This document shows, one piece after another, positions 43,880 to 52,168 of a DNA stretch of 64,000 nt. The notes under the pieces are model-generated. The model saw only the letters and a program-made list of their open reading frames with translations, searched no databases and was not told the DNA's origin. A program made the translations under genes and the position numbers. Source of the DNA: Candidatus Flemingiibacterium sp. (GTDB lineage Bacteria; Bacillota; Clostridia; Oscillospirales; CAG-272). The stretch's first letter is position 1, and every line of letters begins with the position of its first letter. The stretch lies in the NCBI GenBank assembly GCA_045578725.1, contig JAZNKS010000096.1, positions 9,423 through 73,422 on the forward strand. The letters are read 5' to 3'.

Positions 43880-44027
43880 AGCTGGGCCTGAAGCCCTGCA
43901 TCTGCAGCGCCGCTTTGCGGCGTTATGAGTCCGGCCTGAAAGGCTCCGGGATATGCGGCGGGCGATTCGCAAGTCGTCCCTGCTGCAAATTTATTGATAG
44001 ACTGATTTACTTTCAGAGGTCATACTT

Positions 44028-45065
44028 ATGAAAAACTTAGTTGTTATCGGCTACGGCGGAATGGGCGGCTGGCACGTTGAGCGCGCGCTCAAGAGTGATG
44101 TTGTCCGCCTGAAGGGCATTTATGACATCAAGGAGGAGCGCAGCGAGCTCGCACGCTCCCGCGGCATCTATGCCTACGATTCCTTTGAGGCGGTTCTCGC
44201 CGATCCGGAAGTTGATATGGTCACCGTTGCCATCCCCAACGATCAGCATGAGCCGGTCGTTATCAAGGCTCTGGAAGCCGGCAAGAACGTCATCTGCGAA
44301 AAGCCGGTTACCCTCTGCTCCGAATCCCTGCAGAGAATGATCGATGCCGCCAACAAGGCCGGTAAGATCTTCTCCGTTCATCAGAACCGCCGCTGGGATG
44401 TGGATACCCTTGCCATGAAGAAGCTCTACGAAACCGGTGAGCTGGGCGAGGTCTTCAACATTGAATCCCGCGTGCACGGTTCCCGCGGCATTCCCTCCGA
44501 CTGGCGCGGCATGAAGGAGTACGGCGGCGGCATGATCTATGACTGGGGCATCCACCTCATCGACCAGATCCTGCAGATCGTTCCCTCGAAGATCGACACC
44601 GTCTTCTGCCGCCTCGATCACCTCACCAACACCGAGGTTGATGACGGCTTCAAGCTGGAGCTGATGTTCGAAAACGGCTGCCGCGCTTACATTGAGCTTG
44701 GTACCTATAACTTCATCGCCCTGCCCCGTTTCTATATGCAGGGCCGCAAGGGCACCGCGCTGATCACCGACTGGCGCGAGAACTGCAAGGTTGTCAGGTG
44801 CAAGGCATGGCATGAATCCGATGTCATCCCGGTTGAAACCGCCGCCGGTCTTACCAAGACCATGGCACCCCGCGATGAAATCACCACAGATACCTACGAG
44901 ATCGACCGTCCGGTATCGGATGTTCACGATTATTACCGCAACTTCGTCAAGGCCATCGACGGCATCGAAACCCAGCTCGTTACCCACGAGCAGATGATGC
45001 TGGACATGAAGGTCATGGAGGCTGCGTTCAAGTCGGCCGAGCTTGGTCAGGTCATCAAATTCTGA
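44028..45065 (+). CDS. Gfo/Idh/MocA family oxidoreductase (second copy, divergent)
   Basis: VVIGYGGMGGWH, CEKP and GGGMIYDWGIH are present. Confidence 0.85.
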   Translation: MKNLVVIGYGGMGGWHVERALKSDVVRLKGIYDIKEERSELARSRGIYAYDSFEAVLADPEVDMVTVAIPNDQHEPVVIKALEAGKNVICEKPVTLCSESLQRMIDAANKAGKIFSVHQNRRWDVDTLAMKKLYETGELGEVFNIESRVHGSRGIPSDWRGMKEYGGGMIYDWGIHLIDQILQIVPSKIDTVFCRLDHLTNTEVDDGFKLELMFENGCRAYIELGTYNFIALPRFYMQGRKGTALITDWRENCKVVRCKAWHESDVIPVETAAGLTKTMAPRDEITTDTYEIDRPVSDVHDYYRNFVKAIDGIETQLVTHEQMMLDMKVMEAAFKSAELGQVIKF

Positions 45066-45142
45066 TCCAACCGTACATTTAACGGCGGGCGGCTGCATCA
45101 TCGCGGCGGCCCGCCAATTTTTCACAGAAAGTGAGTATCTTT

Positions 45143-46027
45143 ATGAAAGCAACCGAATGGAAGGTCGGTATGTCCTCCTGCTGCCGGGGACCGCTCGACC
45201 GCACATTATTTGAAGATTACGCGAAGGCCCGCATTGACTGCATGGAGGTTTCCTTCGGCGGTAAGCATCAGGCGGATGGAGCCGACTGGAAGCAGATCGA
45301 AAAGGATGCCCGCGACACCGGCATCCGCCTCTGGTCCCTGCACATTCCCTTCTATCCCTTTGAAATCATCAACATCGCATCCCTTGATAAGGATATCCGC
45401 CGCCAGAGTGTTGAGCTGATCGGCGAATGGATCAAAAAAGGCGGAGATATCGGCATTCCGGTTGCGGTTATTCATCCCAGCGGTGAGCCGAACGAGGATC
45501 ACGAACGTCCCGACCGGCTGAAATATGCCGGCGAGTGCTTATCCGAGCTTGCCGAAATCGCGGCCTGCTCCGGCGTAACCGTCGCCGTCGAGGATCTGCC
45601 CCGCACCTGCCTCGGCAATCATTCTGACGATATCCTTGCCATGCTGGCCGCCGATGATCGCCTGCGTGTCTGCTTCGACACCAATCATCTGCTGATTCAG
45701 GACAACCTCGACTTTGTCAAGGCGGTCGGCGATAAGATCATCACCCTCCATGTATCCGATTACGATAAGCGCAACGAGCGCCATTGGCTCCCCGGCGAAG
45801 GCCTTATCGATTGGCCCGCGCTGGTCACGGCGCTGGAGGACTGCGGCTATACCGGCCCGTGGATGTATGAAATCAGCCTGAAGGCCCCGAAATCCATCAC
45901 GCGCGAGCGGGAGCTGACCTTTGCGGATTTCCGTGAGAATTATGAGCTCTGCACGAATAAGCAGCCGCTGAAGGTCATCGGCAAGCCCGTCGAGGCCGAA
46001 TGCCTGGCCAACGCTTACATCAAATGA
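45143..46027 (+). CDS. Sugar phosphate isomerase/epimerase (TIM barrel)
   Basis: WSLHIPF, AVIHPS, VEDL, FDTNH and HVSDY are present. The start is uncertain between 45143 and 45131. Confidence 0.75.
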   Translation: MKATEWKVGMSSCCRGPLDRTLFEDYAKARIDCMEVSFGGKHQADGADWKQIEKDARDTGIRLWSLHIPFYPFEIINIASLDKDIRRQSVELIGEWIKKGGDIGIPVAVIHPSGEPNEDHERPDRLKYAGECLSELAEIAACSGVTVAVEDLPRTCLGNHSDDILAMLAADDRLRVCFDTNHLLIQDNLDFVKAVGDKIITLHVSDYDKRNERHWLPGEGLIDWPALVTALEDCGYTGPWMYEISLKAPKSITRERELTFADFRENYELCTNKQPLKVIGKPVEAECLANAYIK

Positions 46028-46920
46028 AGACTCTGCCCATCGGAATCTCCTCCTGCTGCATTCAGGATGTGACCCGCGCGCTTTTTGAAGAATACCGGGA
46101 AGCGGGGATCTCCCATATGGAGATCTCCGTGCCGCCCGCCATACTTTCAGCGCTGGATTTTCCGGCCATCCGCCGGTTTGCCGATGAATACGGCGTAACG
46201 CTCTGGTCGGTGCATCTTCCCTTCTATCCCGCCTCCAAGGTCAATCTTTCCGATCCCGATCCCGCCGTGCGCGATCATGCCATCCGATCGCACGGGGAAC
46301 ATATCCGCCGCGCCGGGGATGCCGGAGTCGCCGTCGCTGTGGTCCATCCCAGCAGCGGCCCGATTGATCCGGATGCCGACCGCGCCGAGAGGCTGAAGTA
46401 TGCAAAAGATTCGCTGTCCCGCCTTGCCGCTGCCGCCGATGCGGCCGGGATGAAGCTCGCCGTGGAGAATATGGTCCGTACCGGCCTTGGCAACCGCTCG
46501 GCGGAGATGCAGGCCCTGCTTTCGGACGATGAGCGGCTCGGCATGACCTTCGATATCAATCATCCGCTTTATGAGAATCCCATCGAATTCATAAAGCCGC
46601 TGCTTCCCCGCCTCACCACGATCCATGTTTCGGATTATGACGGTTACAACGAGCGGCATTGGATGCCGGGCGAGGGAATCATCGATTGGAATGGCCTTTT
46701 CCGGACTCTGACGGAGGGCGGATACACAAGCCCGTGGATGTATGAGCTTCGCTACGAATGTCCGAAAACCATCGCCCGCCGGACGCTTAAAGCCGCCGAT
46801 TACCGCAAAAACGCCGAAACCATCTTCAGCGGCCGGATTCCGGAGCCGATCGGACAGCCAATCCCGGAGGTCTGCCGCGAGGAGGCCTTCCTCGATAAAC
46901 CGGCCTGGCTTCAAAAATGA
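46024..46920 (+). CDS. Sugar phosphate isomerase/epimerase (TIM barrel), paralog of the preceding gene
   Basis: The ATG overlaps the previous stop (ATGA). WSVHLPF, VVHPS, VENM, FDINH and HVSDY are collinear with the upstream paralog. Confidence 0.75.
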   Translation: MKTLPIGISSCCIQDVTRALFEEYREAGISHMEISVPPAILSALDFPAIRRFADEYGVTLWSVHLPFYPASKVNLSDPDPAVRDHAIRSHGEHIRRAGDAGVAVAVVHPSSGPIDPDADRAERLKYAKDSLSRLAAAADAAGMKLAVENMVRTGLGNRSAEMQALLSDDERLGMTFDINHPLYENPIEFIKPLLPRLTTIHVSDYDGYNERHWMPGEGIIDWNGLFRTLTEGGYTSPWMYELRYECPKTIARRTLKAADYRKNAETIFSGRIPEPIGQPIPEVCREEAFLDKPAWLQK

Positions 46921-47486
46921 AAGGAACACGCTTTATGGTCGATCTGCTTGATCTGCACAAATATTTCATCCTCCAGCATCTGAAGGAGGGCGACACCGCC
47001 GTCGATTACACGATGGGCAACGGTCACGATACCGCGTTTCTGTCGAATACCGTCGGCGCAAGCGGCAAGGTTTTCGCCTTCGATGTTCAGCTGGATGCGC
47101 TGAATTCCACCCGGAAGACCCTTGAAAAAGAGGGCTGTCCCGACAATTATACCCTGCTCTGCGCCTCCCATCACCGGGCCGAGGAATTCGTGACGGGCAA
47201 GGTCAAGGCCGGAATGTTCAATCTCGGCTATCTGCCCGGAAGCGACAAAAGCATCACCACCATGCATGAAACCACGCTTCCCGCCATCGATGCCGCCATC
47301 CGGCTGATGGATAAGGATGCGATCGTGCTGATCGCCGTTTATCCGGGCCATGCGGAGGGCGAGCTGGAGGGCCGTCTGGTGCAGGAAAAGCTGTCCGGAC
47401 TTGACCGCCGCCTGTATACGGTCGCCTGCTTCAAAATGGTGAATTCTCCCACCAGCCCCTTCTTCTACATCATCGAGGGCCGCTGA
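46917..47486 (+). CDS. mnmM: YtqB/MnmM-type SAM-dependent methyltransferase; tRNA (mnm5s2U34)-methyltransferase family
   Basis: DYTMGNGHDTAFL...VFAFDVQ...FNLGYLPGSDKSITT...YPGHAEG is collinear with B. subtilis YtqB as I recall it. The ATG overlaps the previous stop (ATGA). Confidence 0.65.
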   Translation: MKGTRFMVDLLDLHKYFILQHLKEGDTAVDYTMGNGHDTAFLSNTVGASGKVFAFDVQLDALNSTRKTLEKEGCPDNYTLLCASHHRAEEFVTGKVKAGMFNLGYLPGSDKSITTMHETTLPAIDAAIRLMDKDAIVLIAVYPGHAEGELEGRLVQEKLSGLDRRLYTVACFKMVNSPTSPFFYIIEGR

Positions 47487-47881
47487 TGACCTCGTTTCTC
47501 AATCTGATCGATATCCCGACCGGCCGCGAGATCCGGCTGGCGGAGCTTGGCTTCACGGCCGGCGATCCCTCCTTTGCGGACGGCGGCATCGTCTTTTCGC
47601 GCGGGGAGAATTGGCTCCGCTTTGATCTTGAATCCGGTCGGATCATCCCCGCCACGGGGATCCCGGATGCCAGCCCGGAGGATAACGGCCCGCATCTCCG
47701 CTTTGCCAATCCGGCCGGCGGCGGCCTTTTCTACACCGAGCTTGTGTATGCGGGCCGGACGCTCGTGCACTTTATGGGAAGCGGGCATTCCATCGGCTCC
47801 AATCCCCTCTCCCCGGACGGTCGGCAGATCGTCTTTGTCGGATACCCCTCCCCCGCCGGCTTCGGGCCGGACGAGGGATAA
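47486..47881 (+). CDS. Hypothetical protein, 131 aa, with PD40/beta-propeller-blade-like strings
   Basis: The ATG shares 1 nt with the previous stop (TGATG). LSPDGRQIVFVG resembles a PD40 repeat. It is too short for a full propeller. Confidence 0.45.
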   Translation: MTSFLNLIDIPTGREIRLAELGFTAGDPSFADGGIVFSRGENWLRFDLESGRIIPATGIPDASPEDNGPHLRFANPAGGGLFYTELVYAGRTLVHFMGSGHSIGSNPLSPDGRQIVFVGYPSPAGFGPDEG

Positions 47882-47903
47882 ATTCAAGTCAAGGAGAAGT
47901 GTT

Positions 47904-48899
47904 ATGGAAAACATTCAGGACATTGTAGATCATATCCGCGCACGGGTGGAAGCCCACCGAATCGCCGACGGTCAGTACGCCCGCTATCTCTGGCAGAATA
48001 AAGCCGGCACCCGCGAGATGGGCACCAATCCCTACGGATGCGCCGATGCCGCCAACATTCTCTACACAATCGGCGATTTTCCCGCCGATCCGATCAGGCG
48101 CGCCGCATGGGTTGAAACGATGCAGGCCATGCAGGATCCCGAAACCGGTCTGTTCACGGAATCGACCCACCACACGATTCACACCACCGCACACGTTATC
48201 GCCGCGATGGAGCTTTTCGATGCCGTCCCCCTTCATCCGCTGACGGCCCTGCTGGATCTGAAAAAAGAGGCGCGCCTTGAGACATTTCTCGATCATCTGG
48301 ACTGGTATGGGGCGCCGTGGAGCCAATCCCATCAGGGGGCCGGCCTGTATGCCGCGCTGTCGCTGACGGGAGATGCCGACCGCGATTGGACCGGGCGCTA
48401 TTTTTCCTGGCTCTGGGATAACGCCGATCCGGTGACCGGCTTCTGGCGGGTCGGACAGACCGACCGCGAGGGAACAAGGCCGCTGTATGAGCATATGGCC
48501 GGCTCCTTCCATTATCTCTTCAATCATGAATATGCCCGCCGTCCACTCCGCTATCCCGAGGCTGTGATCGACAGCTGTCTGCCGATGCGCCCCACGATGC
48601 CGTCATCCTTCGGACGGGAGGCCAACTTCCTTGAAATCGACTGGATCTTCTGCATGACCCGCGCGGCCCGGCAGACACCCCACCGGTTTGAGGAAATCCG
48701 CGATACCCTGCGCGCCTTCACGGCGGATTATCTGCATTTCTGGCGGGAAGCCGATTGGGAAACGAACGAATCGCTCAACGATCTGCATATGCTCTTCGGC
48801 GGTGTCTGCGCACTGGCCGAGCTGCAGCAGTTCCTGCGCGGCGAGCTTGTCACCGACAAGCCACTCCGCCTGGTACTGGACCGGCGCCCGTTCATCTGA
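47904..48899 (+). CDS. Hypothetical protein, 331 aa, helical-repeat (possibly an alpha/alpha-toroid)
   Basis: AAGGAGAAG precedes ATG 47904. The ORF-track start at 47547 overlaps the upstream gene in another frame and was rejected. No family recognised. Confidence 0.5.
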   Translation: MENIQDIVDHIRARVEAHRIADGQYARYLWQNKAGTREMGTNPYGCADAANILYTIGDFPADPIRRAAWVETMQAMQDPETGLFTESTHHTIHTTAHVIAAMELFDAVPLHPLTALLDLKKEARLETFLDHLDWYGAPWSQSHQGAGLYAALSLTGDADRDWTGRYFSWLWDNADPVTGFWRVGQTDREGTRPLYEHMAGSFHYLFNHEYARRPLRYPEAVIDSCLPMRPTMPSSFGREANFLEIDWIFCMTRAARQTPHRFEEIRDTLRAFTADYLHFWREADWETNESLNDLHMLFGGVCALAELQQFLRGELVTDKPLRLVLDRRPFI

Positions 48900-48951
48900 T
48901 TTCAGACTCCGGTGAGCGCACCGGCCAAGGTCCCGGCAAAGCAAAAAAAGA

Positions 48952-48984
48952 GTGCTGCAGCAAGCATCCGGCTTGCTGCAGCAC
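48952..48984. terminator. Bidirectional terminator hairpin
   Basis: GTGCTGCAGCAAGC-atccg-GCTTGCTGCAGCAC forms a perfect 14-bp stem with an A-run upstream and a T-rich tract downstream. Confidence 0.75.
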
Positions 48985-48994
48985 CTTATTTATT

Positions 48995-50419
48995 TCAGCT
49001 GTTGGCATCGAGAATTTCCTGATAGGTCGCTTCATATGCAGCCTGGCAGGCGGTTTTGAGGGATGCAAAGGTCGATGCGGAGGTATCGGAGGTGCCGTGC
49101 AGAACCTTAGTAAGATTGCGCACCTTTCCGAAGTTGAAGACATAGGCCAGATCGAAGACACGGTTCTCGGACAGCAAATCGAGGATCGCCTCCGATTCAT
49201 CGTCACGGGAGTACTTTCTCGTCAGCTGGACATCGTAGTAGGCGGGGATGACATAATACTCCGATGCGGAGGCCATCGCTTCCAGAATAATGGAGGTACG
49301 CTCGGGATCCGGAGCCGTACGCGGGACAAGGAGCATGGTTCCCGACCATTCCTGCATATTGGAAATGTAGTTCTCCTGATGCTCATCGAGCTTGGGATTC
49401 GGCAGATAACCGAACTCCTGCTCCATGTCACGGAAGAGGCTGAGAGAATAGAGACAGCCCTCATAGAACAGCGCCCGACCGTCATTGAACATCTTCGGCG
49501 CGTAATCGTAATTACTCAGACCTTCCACGCTGTCCGGAATGTCCCGGTCGATGACCAGCACCTCACCGGATGAAAAGAGATCGAAAACCTTGGAGAGCGC
49601 TTTTACATTGCGGCTGTCGTCAACGGTCAGAGTCAGCGAGCCGTCCTCCTCCAGCGTGGACAGACACGCACCGGCCGACCAGAACATAGCACCGCCTGCA
49701 CCGCGCGAAGCCACGAGTCCCCACTGATCCAGATAATCCAGCTTGCTGTCGCCGTTCAGGTCCTGCTTTACATCGGCGCAGAGCTTCTTCAGCATATCCA
49801 GTGTCCACTTGCCGTCATAGACCATCTGATACAGATCGCCGACCTTATTTTCTTCTGCCAGCTCCTTGTTGAAAAAGAGCAGCCATGTGGAGTTGTCATC
49901 CACCAGATTGATAGAACCGGACAGGCCGTAATTCGCACCGCCGATTGCCGCCTTTTCCATCAGATCCCCATCCCACCATTCGCGGGTGAGATCGACATAC
50001 GGCAGCTCCGTTACATCAAGACCGATTTTGTAACCGGATTTCAGCACGGCATCGGCCTGCGTCACCAGCAGATCATAGCTGTCATCGTCGGCCATAACCG
50101 AAGCCGTGAAGGTCTTCTGATAAGTATCCTTCGCATCCCGGATCTCGGTGATCTGTACACCGAGCGCATCCTCCACCGCCGCATTGCGGTAGAAAATGGC
50201 ATCGTTCAGATGATCGCCGTTCTGCCCTTCCACGTCGATTTCAAACACCGTGCGCATATGGTTGCTTTCATCCGATGTGAGGATGCGGAATTCAAATCCG
50301 CCGTAATCCTTTTCGGGAAGTGCACGGCTGATAATCTCCGGCTGTGTTTCGGGCGGCGTATCCGTGTCCCCCGACTGTGCGGTTGTGTCGATCGGATCGG
50401 CCGCCCCGCCGCACCGCAT
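48995..50419 (-). CDS. SBP-like protein (paralog 2 of 4) lacking the signal peptide; possibly a 5'-truncated or decaying copy
   Basis: It is about two-thirds identical by eye to the 52169..53647 product. The ORF begins MRCGGAADPIDTT, which is at the position of the lipobox Cys of its paralogs. The in-frame upstream sequence back to the stop has no hydrophobic segment. Confidence 0.6.
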   Translation of the reverse strand: MRCGGAADPIDTTAQSGDTDTPPETQPEIISRALPEKDYGGFEFRILTSDESNHMRTVFEIDVEGQNGDHLNDAIFYRNAAVEDALGVQITEIRDAKDTYQKTFTASVMADDDSYDLLVTQADAVLKSGYKIGLDVTELPYVDLTREWWDGDLMEKAAIGGANYGLSGSINLVDDNSTWLLFFNKELAEENKVGDLYQMVYDGKWTLDMLKKLCADVKQDLNGDSKLDYLDQWGLVASRGAGGAMFWSAGACLSTLEEDGSLTLTVDDSRNVKALSKVFDLFSSGEVLVIDRDIPDSVEGLSNYDYAPKMFNDGRALFYEGCLYSLSLFRDMEQEFGYLPNPKLDEHQENYISNMQEWSGTMLLVPRTAPDPERTSIILEAMASASEYYVIPAYYDVQLTRKYSRDDESEAILDLLSENRVFDLAYVFNFGKVRNLTKVLHGTSDTSASTFASLKTACQAAYEATYQEILDANS

Positions 50420-50556
50420 CGATTGCTTATTTCCGTCGGGTCTTCCGCAGTGTAACCGGCCGCTCGCCCCGCGATTACCACCGGAGCGAGTTTTCCTGAA
50501 GCCCCCGGATTAGCAGAATCCCACCGTATTCTGCACCAAATACAGAATTTTTTCCT

Positions 50557-50585
50557 TTGACAAGCTTTCGGGCGTATGGTAGAAT
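50557..50585 (+). promoter_or_regulatory. Sigma-A-type promoter of SBP-like paralog 3
   Basis: TTGACA (50557-50562), a 17-nt spacer, then TAGAAT (50580-50585) with a TGG extended -10. Confidence 0.55.
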
Positions 50586-50618
50586 GGTATTGAATAAACT
50601 ACCGGAAAGGATACGCTT

Positions 50619-52103
50619 ATGAAATTCCAACGCTTTACTGCCGGCTCGATGAGCCTTCTGATGGCGCTGACGCTTATCACCGGATGCGGCCAGACGGCTT
50701 CGGGCAATACCGATACCTCCGCCGATCCATCGACTGACACCACCCTTCCCGCCGATACCGAGCCCGCCGAAACCGGCCGCGCCGCCTACAAGGACGGGGT
50801 CCCGGATCTGGATTTCGGCAACGCCGACTTCCGTATCTCCGTCACCGACCGCTATTCCTATGAAATCGATGTGGAATCGGCTACCGGCGATGTCTGCGAC
50901 GATGCCATCTACAACCGGAATCTTGCCATTGAGGACCGCTTCAATGTCAATATCGTTCCCGTCATCACCGAGATGGATGCCGCCAATGACAAATCCCTCC
51001 AGCCGACCGCCATCCGCACAGCCGTCATGTCCGGCGAGAGCGAGTACGATCTGACCGCCGTTATGGTCTACAAGGCCGGCGGCCTGATCCTCGAGGAATG
51101 CTTCCTCAACTGGCGCGATCTGCCCTACATCAATTACGATCAGCCGTGGTGGCCCGAGGAGGTCAACAACACCTTCACCATCGACGGCAAGCAGTATGCG
51201 GCGGTCAGCGACCTCTGCATCACCACGCTTCAGCTCTCCTATGCCTTCCTGTTCAACAAGCAGATCGCCGAGGAAGCCAAGCTGGAGGATCTCTATCAGG
51301 TTGTCCGCGACGGCAAATGGACGATGGAGTATCTGACGAAGGCCACCGCCGATGTCTACAAGGATCTGAACGGCAACACCACCGCCGATGAAGCGGACCG
51401 CTACGGATTCGTCGGCGATACCGTTACCGGTATCGATGTCTGGCTCCCCGCCTTCGGCATCCAGACCGTTGCCAAGAGCGGCGATGACCTCACCCTCGCG
51501 CTGAACAGCGACAAGACCGTCGATACGCTTGCCAAGGTGCTGAACCTCTACTACGGCTCCACCAATTCCTTCACCGTCTACTACAACGAGAAGCTGGATA
51601 TGTTCAAGCAGAACCAGGCACTCTTCATCCCTGTCCGCATCATCGCCCTCTTCAATGAGCTCCGCGATATGGACGTTGACTTCGGCGTACTTCCCTACCC
51701 CAAGTACGATGAGGCACAGGAGAAGTATCTGGGAAGCTCGCTGGACAACTACTCGGTTCTCTCCATCCCGACCACCGCTCCCGATCCCGAAATGAGCGCG
51801 GCGATTGTCGAGGCGCTGAGCTGTGAAAGCTACAAATCCGTCGTTCCCGCCTACTATGAGATCGCGCTGGAAAGCAAGTACACCCGCGATGACAGCTCCA
51901 TCGAGATGCTGGATCTGATCATGGCCGGCCGCAACTACGATATTTCGATCCTGCACAACGATATCATGGCGGATCTCCCCTATCTCTTCCGCTCGCTGGT
52001 TGCCAACAAGATCGACAACTTCGCCTCTGCCTATGCTACCAATCAGGCCGCCTATCAGGCCGGTATTGAGTCGCTCATCGAAGGCTACGAGGCAATGGAA
52101 TAA
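50619..52103 (+). CDS. Extracellular solute-binding-protein-like lipoprotein (paralog 3 of 4)
   Basis: MKFQRFTAGSMSLLMALTLITGC is a lipobox. DFGNADFRIS and YPKYDEAQEKY match the paralog motifs. Confidence 0.7.
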   Translation: MKFQRFTAGSMSLLMALTLITGCGQTASGNTDTSADPSTDTTLPADTEPAETGRAAYKDGVPDLDFGNADFRISVTDRYSYEIDVESATGDVCDDAIYNRNLAIEDRFNVNIVPVITEMDAANDKSLQPTAIRTAVMSGESEYDLTAVMVYKAGGLILEECFLNWRDLPYINYDQPWWPEEVNNTFTIDGKQYAAVSDLCITTLQLSYAFLFNKQIAEEAKLEDLYQVVRDGKWTMEYLTKATADVYKDLNGNTTADEADRYGFVGDTVTGIDVWLPAFGIQTVAKSGDDLTLALNSDKTVDTLAKVLNLYYGSTNSFTVYYNEKLDMFKQNQALFIPVRIIALFNELRDMDVDFGVLPYPKYDEAQEKYLGSSLDNYSVLSIPTTAPDPEMSAAIVEALSCESYKSVVPAYYEIALESKYTRDDSSIEMLDLIMAGRNYDISILHNDIMADLPYLFRSLVANKIDNFASAYATNQAAYQAGIESLIEGYEAME

Positions 52104-52120
52104 TCCGGACATTATAAAAG

Positions 52121-52156
52121 TGCCGCCGCAGGTTTTCGCCTGCAGCGGCATTTTTC
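52121..52156. terminator. Terminator hairpin between convergent paralogs
   Basis: TGCCGCCGCAGG-ttttcg-CCTGCAGCGGCA (one mismatch) followed by TTTTT. Confidence 0.65.
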
Positions 52157-52168
52157 TTTCTGCGGCGC

